Translations under genes and position numbers: made by a program
IMG/VR virus record: IMGVR_UViG_3300006735_000014
Reading direction: 5' to 3' (one strand)
DNA: 64,000 nt
DNA from: an uncultured virus (IMG/VR IMGVR_UViG_3300006735_000014)
Taxonomy: Duplodnaviria > Heunggongvirae > Uroviricota > Caudoviricetes
Shown: positions 39,839 through 49,308 of the stretch, one piece after another
How the letters are laid out: each line of letters opens with the position of its first letter
How positions within the stretch are numbered: the stretch's first letter is position 1
The notes under the pieces: model-generated
What the model saw: only the letters and a program-made list of their open reading frames with translations
Database searches by the model: none
What the model was told of the DNA's origin: nothing

Positions 39839-41023
39839 TTATTCGAAAAATTGATTAAATACTTCATTGTTTACTAAATCTCTTGTACTACCTCCAAACC
39901 TATCATATAATTGTCTATTCTTATTATAGATATGAATAGCTTTATCCGGATCTTGGAACATTTCTTCCATACTCATTAGTATTGCATAGAAGTCTCTTGG
40001 AACTACTGTTTGTAATAGCTCGTTATGACATTTTACTATTTCTTCTACTTGCTTAACAGTTTCGTTAAATACAAATAAATTATTCAATGTCATTTTCATT
40101 GTTACATCACCTTTATAATTTGATACTTCGCCAAATGTCATTCCTTCAGATACTGGATGTCCTAATGGATTAGGAACTAAATCATCTGCGTTATAAGGAA
40201 GATTTTCTCCTTTTGGAAAATATAAATCAGTAAAGGTCATTTTACTTAATTGAGGTGAATGCAAATAAGTTCCATATACTGGATATAACCCAGGAGAACT
40301 TGAATCTGTTGATATTTGTATTCTACCTCCATGATACTTGTTTACCATCTTTTGAAAGAAGCTTAACATAAAGAAATCTGAAATTTTTGATATACCTAAT
40401 ACATGTATAAATTGATTTCTTGCTTTTTCAAATTCTCTATTCTTTATCATAGGAACTAATGCAGACATAAACATGGTTACTCTTTTTTGAGCACCTCCAA
40501 TACACCAACCATTAAATTCAAAGTCTTTCATTTTTTGATACCATGCTTCATATTCTTCAACATTGTTACCTTGAATAACATTTAAGAACTTACATTTACC
40601 AGATTGATTATCTGCAAAATATTTAAAGTTATCATAACTAATATCCATACATTCATGGAACTTACCATCATATTTTGCTCTTGGTGGAATATCTAAGTTA
40701 ACTCCTAAATCACAATTTGCTTCTAACCAATCAAATATAGTTTTCTTAAATGATGGATCCCATTTAATTGCTCCTGTAGCTAATTGGAATCCTCCTGAAT
40801 CACCTAATACTAGTACATCGTCTTCTAATCCATATCTTTGTCTTGCATCTGCCCATTTATAATGATGACCTGCTGTAATTAGAAAATAAGGATGTCTCCA
40901 TCTTTCAGGAAAATCTTTATCATAAAATCTACATGATAATCCTGGTTTAACTTCTTTATTCTTTTTAAAGTCTCCTGCACAACCTCCTGCAGACAATGAC
41001 GGATAATAAATTAAATCTTTCAT
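39839..41023 (-). CDS. dpdA: TGT-fold guanine transglycosylase, DpdA-like (candidate 7-deazaguanine DNA insertion enzyme)
   Basis: GDSGGFQ, NLDIPP, VIQG, CIGG, HVLG, TDSSS reproduce the TGT catalytic motifs; no tRNA-TGT CxCxxC zinc motif; folE/queD/queE nearby. Start set at MKDLIYY. Confidence 0.75.
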   Translation of the reverse strand: MKDLIYYPSLSAGGCAGDFKKNKEVKPGLSCRFYDKDFPERWRHPYFLITAGHHYKWADARQRYGLEDDVLVLGDSGGFQLATGAIKWDPSFKKTIFDWLEANCDLGVNLDIPPRAKYDGKFHECMDISYDNFKYFADNQSGKCKFLNVIQGNNVEEYEAWYQKMKDFEFNGWCIGGAQKRVTMFMSALVPMIKNREFEKARNQFIHVLGISKISDFFMLSFFQKMVNKYHGGRIQISTDSSSPGLYPVYGTYLHSPQLSKMTFTDLYFPKGENLPYNADDLVPNPLGHPVSEGMTFGEVSNYKGDVTMKMTLNNLFVFNETVKQVEEIVKCHNELLQTVVPRDFYAILMSMEEMFQDPDKAIHIYNKNRQLYDRFGGSTRDLVNNEVFNQFFE

Positions 41024-41024
41024 A

Positions 41025-42236
41025 TTAGTTTTCTTCTCCCCAAGCTTGTTCATACTGTTCTAAAATCTTTGCATCTACATCTTGTTGTAATAAAGATTCA
41101 CATAATTCTTTTTCATGCCATACACATAATTCATTCTCATAATCATTAGCAATAATATATCCTTCCATCTGTCTTCCTAGATCTGATGTATCAACTATAT
41201 GTGAATGTACTTTAGGTGTTTCTAATGCATCTTCAATTGTTTCTAATGCATCTTTTACATCAAATGGCTTATACATTCTATCTGCATCTATAAATTCTGG
41301 GAAGCTTCTAAAGTATGGAAATACTACATCAGCTCCAAAAGTAGTTGATTCAATAACAGTCCATGATACATAATCTTGTAATGCAGAATTAAATTGAATT
41401 TTACAAGTTGCTAATTCTGTATAATATTCTTCTTTTGTTAATCCAGTCATTAATTTAAATCTTGGTTGTTCTTCAGCTAGTTTTTCTAATGCATCAATTA
41501 CACCTGGTAACATTGATTTGAATTTTTTACCTGATGTAGTTACATGCCATTCATAATCTGGATGATTTTTTAAGAATGCTTCTGCAACTTTCATCATAAA
41601 GAAAGGATTCTTTTCCTTATCTAATCTAGATGAATATACAATTGTATTTTTCTTTTTATATTCACCAGCTGGAAGTTTTTCTAATGTTGCTTGTTTATGA
41701 ATTGGTAATGATACAACATGTATTGGAGCTTCAAATCCAGCTGCTCTTAATTGTTCTTTATGTATAGAACTTCCTACAAATATACCAGTTAATCTTTTAT
41801 CTAAACCTAATTCATATGGTCTCATCCAATTTCTCATAGGATATGTAAAATCATATTCATCAACTGATTGAGCATGACACATAGTATATACCTTTACATT
41901 CTTATATCCATACAGGTCTAATGCATACCAAATGGCTTCGACTCCTGGTGTCCAATAGTCTTGCAAGAATATTATATCACCGTCTTGGACTTTGTCATCA
42001 TACAGCATTTGTAAGAAGTTTTGGCATTGAGATAAACTATATTTTCCTCTACCAATTGCATCTAATACTGCACCAACTTTAATCTCACAATCAGGATCAA
42101 ATTCTCCTTCTACATCAATAAAATTTAATTTTTCATCATACCGTTCAAATGTAGCCGGCATCCATTCTTTACATAATTGATATGTATACCTTGCTTTTAA
42201 TGGCTCTAGGCCAAAGTAAAATAGATTTCTTTTCAT
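41025..42236 (-). CDS. GT-B (GT4-like) glycosyltransferase abutting the DpdA-like gene
   Basis: SSRLDKEKNP, QFNSALQDYVSWTVIESTTFG, SFPE. Confidence 0.75.
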   Translation of the reverse strand: MKRNLFYFGLEPLKARYTYQLCKEWMPATFERYDEKLNFIDVEGEFDPDCEIKVGAVLDAIGRGKYSLSQCQNFLQMLYDDKVQDGDIIFLQDYWTPGVEAIWYALDLYGYKNVKVYTMCHAQSVDEYDFTYPMRNWMRPYELGLDKRLTGIFVGSSIHKEQLRAAGFEAPIHVVSLPIHKQATLEKLPAGEYKKKNTIVYSSRLDKEKNPFFMMKVAEAFLKNHPDYEWHVTTSGKKFKSMLPGVIDALEKLAEEQPRFKLMTGLTKEEYYTELATCKIQFNSALQDYVSWTVIESTTFGADVVFPYFRSFPEFIDADRMYKPFDVKDALETIEDALETPKVHSHIVDTSDLGRQMEGYIIANDYENELCVWHEKELCESLLQQDVDAKILEQYEQAWGEEN

Positions 42237-42240
42237 ATTT

Positions 42241-42660
42241 TTATTCCTTTATTCTATCAAATTTATAATCATCTGGATTAATTTCCATTAAGTTACATTT
42301 CATTATCTGGTGTACTCTATACCAACCAGCATCTATAGATAATGTATCTGTCTTTTTTAATTTTGCGACATGTATATCTGGTATTCTATATATAACATGT
42401 GCTCTATTGAAAATAGACATTGGAATTTTCTCCATTGTCTTTTCATTAGCTTCTATTGTAACATATTGTTTAGTTTCTAGGATTCTATGTATTTCATCCC
42501 AATTACCATGAACACATGCCATTTCAATATATTCAATTGTAAAATAGATATGTGGATAATCTTTATAGTTTTTAGGTACTTGTCCTCTAACAAATACTGT
42601 TTCTATATCAGATAATCTACCTTCTACTTCTTTTCCATACCAATAACTTTTTCCGTACAT
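42241..42660 (-). CDS. Hypothetical protein heading the GT-DpdA unit
   Basis: 139 aa; WYGKEVEG...TVFVRG...HIYF; own promoter upstream. Confidence 0.7.
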   Translation of the reverse strand: MYGKSYWYGKEVEGRLSDIETVFVRGQVPKNYKDYPHIYFTIEYIEMACVHGNWDEIHRILETKQYVTIEANEKTMEKIPMSIFNRAHVIYRIPDIHVAKLKKTDTLSIDAGWYRVHQIMKCNLMEINPDDYKFDRIKE

Positions 42661-42677
42661 AACTTTTTTATTTTAAT

Positions 42678-42709
42678 TTAATATAGTAAATTTTTTGCAA
42701 ACAACCAAA
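42678..42709 (-). promoter_or_regulatory. Host-sigma-type promoter TTTG-N20-TATATTAA
   Basis: Intergenic, 20-nt spacer, upstream of 42660. Confidence 0.6.
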
Positions 42710-42716
42710 TCATTTA

Positions 42717-43064
42717 TTACTTATTTTTCAAAAAATCCTGGTTTGGATTAATTGTTTCATCTAATGTTTTTAATCTGCCTACTGTAAGTCGAATATCATT
42801 ATAAGTCTTATCAAATCTTCTATCTGTTGATGCTACCCATTTTTCAATTCGGTCTAAAGTATCTTTTTGCAAATCGTCTATTTGTCGACTTAAGTTTCTA
42901 TCGACATCTTCAATTAATCTATTAAGATTATCATGAAGATCAATCATTTCTAATTTTAATGTATCAAGCTCATCAGCTCTTCGGTTCAACCTAACCAAAT
43001 TAATACCTGCACCTAGTAAAGCCACAACCATTAATGTAATTAGCACTGTTAATAATGTTTCCAT
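42717..43064 (-). CDS. Membrane-anchored coiled-coil protein
   Basis: N-terminal TM helix followed by a heptad-like region. Confidence 0.6.
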   Translation of the reverse strand: METLLTVLITLMVVALLGAGINLVRLNRRADELDTLKLEMIDLHDNLNRLIEDVDRNLSRQIDDLQKDTLDRIEKWVASTDRRFDKTYNDIRLTVGRLKTLDETINPNQDFLKNK

Positions 43065-43084
43065 ATCTTATCTCCTATTTATTA

Positions 43085-45568
43085 TTAGCCGAATGCAAAA
43101 AATTTACCTAAATTATTATTCTCTGGGATTTTACCCCAATTCATTGCTCCATAGAAATCATTTAATTTGTTAGCAAATGCAGACGTAAATACTTTATTAT
43201 AGTTTATATTGTCTTGCACAAATTTTTCTATTGGAGGTGGATCTTCAAATCCTTTCATTGCTATTGTATCTAAGCCCATATTATTGGCCTTGAGATATGT
43301 CCATTTTATTTTTTCGCCATTAATGATTTCTCGAACATTTTTTACATTATGATGTTTTAACATATCATTATAATTCAATGCTGACTTAACATGTACTGGC
43401 GTTCCTTTCATTCTTACTGCAAATATTCCATCACCTTTACGTTGCCACTTCTTTACATTTTTAACACCAATTGGAAACATGACATCAATTAACGGTAATG
43501 TTTTCATGTACTCTTTAAAGTTTAGAATCTTTTCATCTAATTCTTCTTTTGAAATATCATTTAATATATCTTCTAGTACCTCAGCCATAAATTTTCTAAA
43601 GGCTGGTGGGAAGGAAGACCTTACAACATCTAATCCTTTGACATCTAGTTTAGATACTGTATGTCCTTCTATATTAATAATCCATTGAGCATATCTTTTC
43701 TTTGCAATCCATAAACCAGCTTTTGCAACATTTTCTTGCTTAATATCAAACTTATGAGTATTTACATTATGAAATTTATCAGCATATATATCATACGATC
43801 TATTTATAAAATCCTGTACTTCATCTGCAATTTCAATTGTTTTATCTGCCATCCATTTTTCATCTGTAATATCAAACTTTGGATACCTATGTTTTATAAT
43901 TGGTAATGATGAAAAGAATGTTGAATCTGTATCTGTATATATACAATAATCTTCTTTCTTATTTAATTCTCTTGTATAAAATTTATTTCCAATGTTTGCT
44001 GTAAATTTAATCAATTGTTGGCCTGTACTTGTAATGGCTACTGCATTATCAGGATCATTAAATCTAAATGTTGGATTACCTAATACTCCGTAAAATGAAT
44101 TAAGAAGAATTTTAGTTACTAATTGTAATCTATCAAAGTATTCAGCTTTTGCAGGATCACCTTCCTTTTCATACTTTTTTCTTAAGTTTTTATATTCAAC
44201 TCTTTCAGCAAACCATTTTTCAAGTATAGATGATATAAAACCTTTTTGATTTGTATCATATACAACGCCGTTAGCAGCAATAGAATATTTATTTTCTGTT
44301 AAATAAGATCTTAATTTTTCTGGTGATTCCCAACCATCATCACCCATTGAATATTCCATTGGAACATTTTTAATATATTTATGTCCATCAAAATCTTCAA
44401 CCTTTCCTATTTTAGTTTCTGGTGAAACGTTAAGTGTCATGATGATACTAGGATATAGAGATGTTAAATCAAGGTCATATACCCATTTATATCTACCTGG
44501 ATTTGGTGCCTTTACGAATGCTCCTAATAGATCTACTTGTTTTATCTCATCATGTCTAGGTTTGTTAGGTGCTACAATTCCTAATCGTTTCATATATGTT
44601 AATGCCGCACCATCTAAATATCTAGTCGGAAATAAAAAGTCTTCATATGGAACATGGCCTTTGTGACATATACCACGAGCTAAATCCATTAACTTCATTT
44701 TTTGATCTATCTCCCAAACCAAGTCAACATCATTCATATTGTAATCGATATAACCTTGAATGTCATTTTTTAATAAATCATCCAAAGTACCTTCATACTT
44801 CATTTTACCTTTACCCAATTCTTTTTGAGAGATAGCTTCTAACGAATAACTTGACTCTTCATTATAAGTAAAGTTTTTATATAATGCCATATAATCTAAG
44901 CATGATACTCCAGATATTCTATATCTATTTCTATGCTTTAACCAAATAACATCTTTAATAGGAGATAATGTTCTTGCTTGTTTTTCTCCTAATACATGAC
45001 ATATTCTATTATAAAGATATGGAATATCAAAAAAGTCAATATTCCAACCTGTAATTAAAGTAGGCATTATCTCGTAATATGTTATTAGAAATTTAGATAA
45101 TAATGAAGCTTCATCTGGACAAGATATTGTCTCAAAATTACCTTCTTTACGAGATGGCACCACTCCTTCTTTATCTAATATCCATACATATCTTTGATCA
45201 CCTGCTTCATCATAAATTGCAATAGAAGTTATTTCATTTTGAGCTTCTTCTGGAGTTGGAAATCCATTTTCAATATCAACTTCAATATCAATAAACAATG
45301 TTCTATGACCTGTAGATATTTCATCTGAATCTGTATACTGATCTATTAATGTCCTGATCTCAGGGTTAAGATCTGATTCATATAATCCAGGAGCTTCGGA
45401 ATCTGGGTTCCATACTTTATCTACACGAGTTCCATCTAATGTTGTTAATGCACCAGAAGGATTCTTTGCATATGCATATGGCTTATATTTTATTTTAAGA
45501 TGACCTTTAATATCATCCCATATATGTACTGTATTTGTACGTCGTTGATATGCTACTGCTTGATACAT
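43085..45568 (-). CDS. Family B DNA polymerase (T4 gp43-like)
   Basis: Exo DIE, GWN..FFDIPY, YN..D; pol DLTSLYPSII, KILLNSFYG, YTDTDS, KKRYA. Confidence 0.97.
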   Translation of the reverse strand: MYQAVAYQRRTNTVHIWDDIKGHLKIKYKPYAYAKNPSGALTTLDGTRVDKVWNPDSEAPGLYESDLNPEIRTLIDQYTDSDEISTGHRTLFIDIEVDIENGFPTPEEAQNEITSIAIYDEAGDQRYVWILDKEGVVPSRKEGNFETISCPDEASLLSKFLITYYEIMPTLITGWNIDFFDIPYLYNRICHVLGEKQARTLSPIKDVIWLKHRNRYRISGVSCLDYMALYKNFTYNEESSYSLEAISQKELGKGKMKYEGTLDDLLKNDIQGYIDYNMNDVDLVWEIDQKMKLMDLARGICHKGHVPYEDFLFPTRYLDGAALTYMKRLGIVAPNKPRHDEIKQVDLLGAFVKAPNPGRYKWVYDLDLTSLYPSIIMTLNVSPETKIGKVEDFDGHKYIKNVPMEYSMGDDGWESPEKLRSYLTENKYSIAANGVVYDTNQKGFISSILEKWFAERVEYKNLRKKYEKEGDPAKAEYFDRLQLVTKILLNSFYGVLGNPTFRFNDPDNAVAITSTGQQLIKFTANIGNKFYTRELNKKEDYCIYTDTDSTFFSSLPIIKHRYPKFDITDEKWMADKTIEIADEVQDFINRSYDIYADKFHNVNTHKFDIKQENVAKAGLWIAKKRYAQWIINIEGHTVSKLDVKGLDVVRSSFPPAFRKFMAEVLEDILNDISKEELDEKILNFKEYMKTLPLIDVMFPIGVKNVKKWQRKGDGIFAVRMKGTPVHVKSALNYNDMLKHHNVKNVREIINGEKIKWTYLKANNMGLDTIAMKGFEDPPPIEKFVQDNINYNKVFTSAFANKLNDFYGAMNWGKIPENNNLGKFFAFG

Positions 45569-45792
45569 TAAACTAATTCTTCTATTATTCCTACTATTTC
45601 ACTTAATATAAGGAAAATTACTGAGACTACCAAATTAAATGGTAGTAAAGCATATCCTATTATTCTAATTCCTGATTTGATAAAACTAATTATTTGGTGG
45701 TTTCTTGCATCAGGTAATTGTTGTTTAGTTTTAGATTTTTTTTTGCCTTTGGCTAATGTATCCATCCATAACCATTCTTTTCCTATATGCAT
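45568..45792 (-). CDS. Small membrane protein
   Basis: HQIISFIKSGIRI followed by a hydrophobic C-terminus. Confidence 0.55.
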   Translation of the reverse strand: MHIGKEWLWMDTLAKGKKKSKTKQQLPDARNHQIISFIKSGIRIIGYALLPFNLVVSVIFLILSEIVGIIEELV

Positions 45793-45793
45793 A

Positions 45794-46300
45794 CTAATTT
45801 ATTTTATAAATGTTTCTATAATTTCTTTTCAATGAATTATCATCTAATCCATAACCTACCACCCATTCTTTATCTATTTCAAAACAAAAATGATCTACTG
45901 GTGGACTATTTTCTTTACGTTTAAGTAATGTAACAATTTTAACATCGGTTGGCATCATATCATTAACTCTTAATAGTATTTCAAACATTGTGTTACCTGT
46001 ATCAACTATATCATCAATAATATAAACTCTTTTACCTTTGCAATGTATTTCTAATTCTTTTGTAAATTTAACTCCTTCTGAATTATCTTTACCTTTATAT
46101 GACTTAGGTCTAATAAAATCCATTTGTACATCAATACCCATATCTTTCATAAGATCTGCAAAAAATGCATAACCACCATTTAATACACAAATCATTACAG
46201 GTGGTAACAAATTACCAGAAGCTTTATGTTCTTCTGATATTTTATGAGCCATCGCTCTTACACGTCTTTCTATCTTAAATTCTGGTATTAATATCTCCAT
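45794..46300 (-). CDS. hpt: Hypoxanthine/guanine phosphoribosyltransferase
   Basis: CVLNGG..FFADL, KSY, IIDDIVDTGNT PRPP loop, WVVGYGLD...RN. Confidence 0.9.
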   Translation of the reverse strand: MEILIPEFKIERRVRAMAHKISEEHKASGNLLPPVMICVLNGGYAFFADLMKDMGIDVQMDFIRPKSYKGKDNSEGVKFTKELEIHCKGKRVYIIDDIVDTGNTMFEILLRVNDMMPTDVKIVTLLKRKENSPPVDHFCFEIDKEWVVGYGLDDNSLKRNYRNIYKIN

Positions 46301-46962
46301 TAATTATAACCTTTTATAAATTCATAATATTCATTTCTTGTAGCAGGATCATCTTTGAACGCACCAGTTAATTTACTTGTCTTCATACTTGCACCACCAT
46401 GTTTAACTCCTCTACATTGTACACAATTATGAGTTGCATCAATCATAACTGCTACACCATTATTATCTTCAATAATTGAATTTACCGCATGATGAATTGC
46501 AACTGTCAATTGTTCTTGAATTGCACCTCTTCTACCAAAATGTTCTACTAATCTATTCAATTTAGATAATCCAATCACATGACTATCTTTACCTGGAATA
46601 TACGCAACATGTACAACTCCCATAATAGTTTGATGATGATGTGAACACATGCTTGTCAATGGAATACCTCCTTCAAATACAATACCATCATATCCATCAC
46701 TAGGAAATGTTGTTATTGCAGGAGGAGCTTCATATCTACCTGCCCATAAGTCTCTCACATATGCTTTAGCTACTCGATATGGAGTTTTATTTGAATTTGG
46801 ATCATCTCGCCAATCTACTTTCAATGCATCCAAAAACATTCCAAATGCATGAGCTGCATCTGTTATCATTGCTTGTTTTTCTTCTTCTGTTAAAGGTCGG
46901 CCGTCTGCTGCTCCGTTTGCATAACCTGACTTTACTAGTTCTATATTTAATTTTTCTTTCAT
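46300..46962 (-). CDS. folE: GTP cyclohydrolase I
   Basis: TPYRVAK, SMCSHH, IGLSKLNR, IQEQLT, ATHNCVQCRGV. Confidence 0.96.
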   Translation of the reverse strand: MKEKLNIELVKSGYANGAADGRPLTEEEKQAMITDAAHAFGMFLDALKVDWRDDPNSNKTPYRVAKAYVRDLWAGRYEAPPAITTFPSDGYDGIVFEGGIPLTSMCSHHHQTIMGVVHVAYIPGKDSHVIGLSKLNRLVEHFGRRGAIQEQLTVAIHHAVNSIIEDNNGVAVMIDATHNCVQCRGVKHGGASMKTSKLTGAFKDDPATRNEYYEFIKGYN

Positions 46963-47258
46963 ATTGATTTCATTGCTATTTCTGATTCTCTAACTAATAC
47001 ATACTTATTTCCATCTAATGTAACTTCATTACCATTTTTGCCTGATAAAAATCTTACTGGTAATAATACTGTATCTCCTTTTTTACATGACATTTCAATT
47101 AAATCTCCAGTCATTGTACGAACACCTACACCTGTAGCTATTACTTCAGCTTTTCCATATGTAGATGAATTAGCAGATAATATTAATCCATGTTCTGATT
47201 TTGTTTCTTCTTTTATTGGCTTTAACAATAATTGATCTCCTATAGGTTTCATTTTCAT
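46959..47258 (-). CDS. groES: Co-chaperonin GroES
   Basis: MKPIGDQLLLK, GLIL mobile loop, VIATGVG, KKGDTVL, YVLVRESEI. Confidence 0.9.
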   Translation of the reverse strand: MKMKPIGDQLLLKPIKEETKSEHGLILSANSSTYGKAEVIATGVGVRTMTGDLIEMSCKKGDTVLLPVRFLSGKNGNEVTLDGNKYVLVRESEIAMKSI

Positions 47259-47271
47259 AATTTCTCCTTTT

Positions 47272-48045
47272 TTATACCATTCGTTGTGTATTATATGCTA
47301 TGATATGATCTCTTCCTGTCATATTATAACCATGCTCTGCTACCATTTCAAATACTATTGGATACATTTTAATTAATTGTTCTCTAGTATCTCCGGCTGG
47401 CATTACATATGTCTTTCCTTTTGGAATATTTAATTCAACTCTTAATTCCTCAATTTCTTTTAAATTTTCTTCTGTTCCATCCCATACTGGCTTATAATGA
47501 TAATCATCATGAAATCTCATCATCATTTTTATTGCTTCTGTATTTTTTCTTAATCTATTATGAACTTTTATCATTCGTTCATCTACTATTTTTCCGGCTG
47601 GTGTTTTTTCTCCTAATTTAGGAATACTATTTGAAAACTTAGGACTAATAGATAATAAGTCTATTGGATAATCAGTATTAACAAAATGACTACCTTCTGT
47701 TTCTATAGTAACTATTATTTGTCTCTCATGAGCAAAATGAGTTATTTCATTAATTAATGCTGGATGCATTGTTGGTGATCCACCTGTTAACATCATTTCT
47801 TTTATTTGTGGATTTTCGTCATATATTTTGACTATATCATTAAAACAAAATGTACCTTTTTCTGGATGAATACTAGTATACCAACTATCACACCAACCAC
47901 CTTCTCCAAAGAAACATCTATGAGTACAACCTGTTGTTCTAACAGCAATTGTAGGACGACCAAACCTACTTCCTTCGGATTGGACACATCTATATACCTC
48001 TAATATAGGTAAAACTTTATTATAATCTTCTATTCTTTTATTCAC
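47272..48045 (-). CDS. queE: 7-carboxy-7-deazaguanine synthase (radical SAM)
   Basis: VQSEG...G.P...VRTTGCTHRC...WCDSWYT, LTGGSP, IETEG, SISPK. Confidence 0.93.
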   Translation of the reverse strand: MNKRIEDYNKVLPILEVYRCVQSEGSRFGRPTIAVRTTGCTHRCFFGEGGWCDSWYTSIHPEKGTFCFNDIVKIYDENPQIKEMMLTGGSPTMHPALINEITHFAHERQIIVTIETEGSHFVNTDYPIDLLSISPKFSNSIPKLGEKTPAGKIVDERMIKVHNRLRKNTEAIKMMMRFHDDYHYKPVWDGTEENLKEIEELRVELNIPKGKTYVMPAGDTREQLIKMYPIVFEMVAEHGYNMTGRDHIIAYNTQRMV

Positions 48046-48526
48046 TATATATCGATGAATTACGGTCGGCTTCCCAACATTCTACTTTAACTACTTTTAC
48101 TCTACCACCACCAGTCTTGGACATTACATCATTAAACTTATCATATACTAATTTGGCACATGATTCAGCTCCCATTTTATCCATTACTACTAGTTTAGCT
48201 ATTCCTTCCATTGCTGCACCTTGGAAGAAATCTAAATAAGGATCATCTTTCTCAATTAATAATGTATGGTCCCACATACTATTCATCCAATCCTTTAATC
48301 CATTTCCTGGGGTTGGTTCTGCGTCTTGAGATTTAAATCCTCCATAATCCATAATCCAATTCATTTCATCTAATTGATCACCTTCCATTGGCTCTACAGA
48401 TTCAAACCATACTTTAAATTTTAAAGCATATCCATGTAATAATTCACAATGAGAATGAGCTGCTTTCCATTGTCTTAATGCTACTGAATAATTATCGAAT
48501 ACTTTAGTTGATTGATACTTTCCCAT
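48038..48526 (-). CDS. queD: 6-carboxy-5,6,7,8-tetrahydropterin synthase
   Basis: HCELLHGY, WIMDYG, WDHT, GAE, VECWE..RNS. Confidence 0.9.
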   Translation of the reverse strand: MGKYQSTKVFDNYSVALRQWKAAHSHCELLHGYALKFKVWFESVEPMEGDQLDEMNWIMDYGGFKSQDAEPTPGNGLKDWMNSMWDHTLLIEKDDPYLDFFQGAAMEGIAKLVVMDKMGAESCAKLVYDKFNDVMSKTGGGRVKVVKVECWEADRNSSIYSE

Positions 48527-48546
48527 CTTCTATCTCCTTTATTAAT

Positions 48547-48578
48547 TTAATATAAGAAAAACTTTTCATAAATCCTAA
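48547..48578 (-). promoter_or_regulatory. Host-sigma-type promoter TTAG-N20-TATATTAA upstream of queD
   Basis: 20-nt spacer; heads the queD-queE-groES-folE-hpt-polB run. Confidence 0.6.
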
Positions 48579-48904
48579 GCTTTTCCTGAATAACTCCAAA
48601 CTAACCAATACTTTCTTCCTCGAGGATGATTATATAATAAATGTGATGACATCATACTCGAATGATAAAACTCAGAAGCATATTGATCAGCTGAATCTTT
48701 GTTATTAAACAATACAAAATCATCTGCCTTTGGATATGATTGGTCAAATGACATACCTGTATCTTTATATGATTTTGCATATATTGTATCATTTACCATT
48801 GAAGTAAGATATTCTTTATCTCTCCAACTTACTCGATTCCAGTCAAATCCTTGACAAATTTGTTCTACTTTTGCTTGTGATTGTTTTGAATTTTTATAAC
48901 CCAT
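48575..48904 (-). CDS. Hypothetical protein
   Basis: 109 aa ORF on the coding strand. Confidence 0.55.
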   Translation of the reverse strand: MGYKNSKQSQAKVEQICQGFDWNRVSWRDKEYLTSMVNDTIYAKSYKDTGMSFDQSYPKADDFVLFNNKDSADQYASEFYHSSMMSSHLLYNHPRGRKYWLVWSYSGKA

Positions 48905-48932
48905 TTTTTTTATTTTTATTTAATATAATAAC

Positions 48933-49190
48933 TTATTTGCAACTTTCCAAATCTTTTACAACTTTTGTTAGATTTTTTATAGCAATACTTATATCATTGT
49001 TAGACATAGAATTCCATGCTTCTAATGCTCCTGCTTTTTTAGCAAATTGCATATCATGATCTTCATCACTATGGTCTTTTTCTAACTTTTTAATATCATT
49101 GAAATCTACTCTAAACTGTAACTGTTTAATTACATGTTCTAACTCTAATCTTGCAGAATATAATTCTGACTGTAACTGCGCTTTTGTCAT
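48933..49190 (-). CDS. Hypothetical protein
   Basis: 85 aa ORF directly downstream of the repeated promoter element. Confidence 0.55.
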   Translation of the reverse strand: MTKAQLQSELYSARLELEHVIKQLQFRVDFNDIKKLEKDHSDEDHDMQFAKKAGALEAWNSMSNNDISIAIKNLTKVVKDLESCK

Positions 49191-49210
49191 ATTTTTTACT
49201 TTTTATTTAT

Positions 49211-49263
49211 ATATAAAGATAAGAAAAATATTTCAAAGTACCAAATCTTTTGGCAGCTTTTTT
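49211..49263 (-). repeat. Second copy of the 53-bp promoter element (48/53 identical to 5368-5420)
   Basis: atataaagataagaaaaa-N11-accaaatcttttggcagctttttt on the plus strand at both sites. Confidence 0.8.
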
Positions 49264-49308
49264 ACAATTAAATTGGAAATCCGTAATATAATTTTTCAAT
49301 CCAGCCCA

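Noticed and set aside
39839..41023. Canonical tRNA-guanine transglycosylase for queuosine
   Set aside because: Lacks the CxCxxC zinc motif, no queA/queF/queG in the window, and it sits among replisome genes. tRNA activity is disfavoured but not excluded.
46300..46962. folE as a folate auxiliary metabolic gene
   Set aside because: It clusters with queE and queD and no other folate genes are present; the deazaguanine role fits better.
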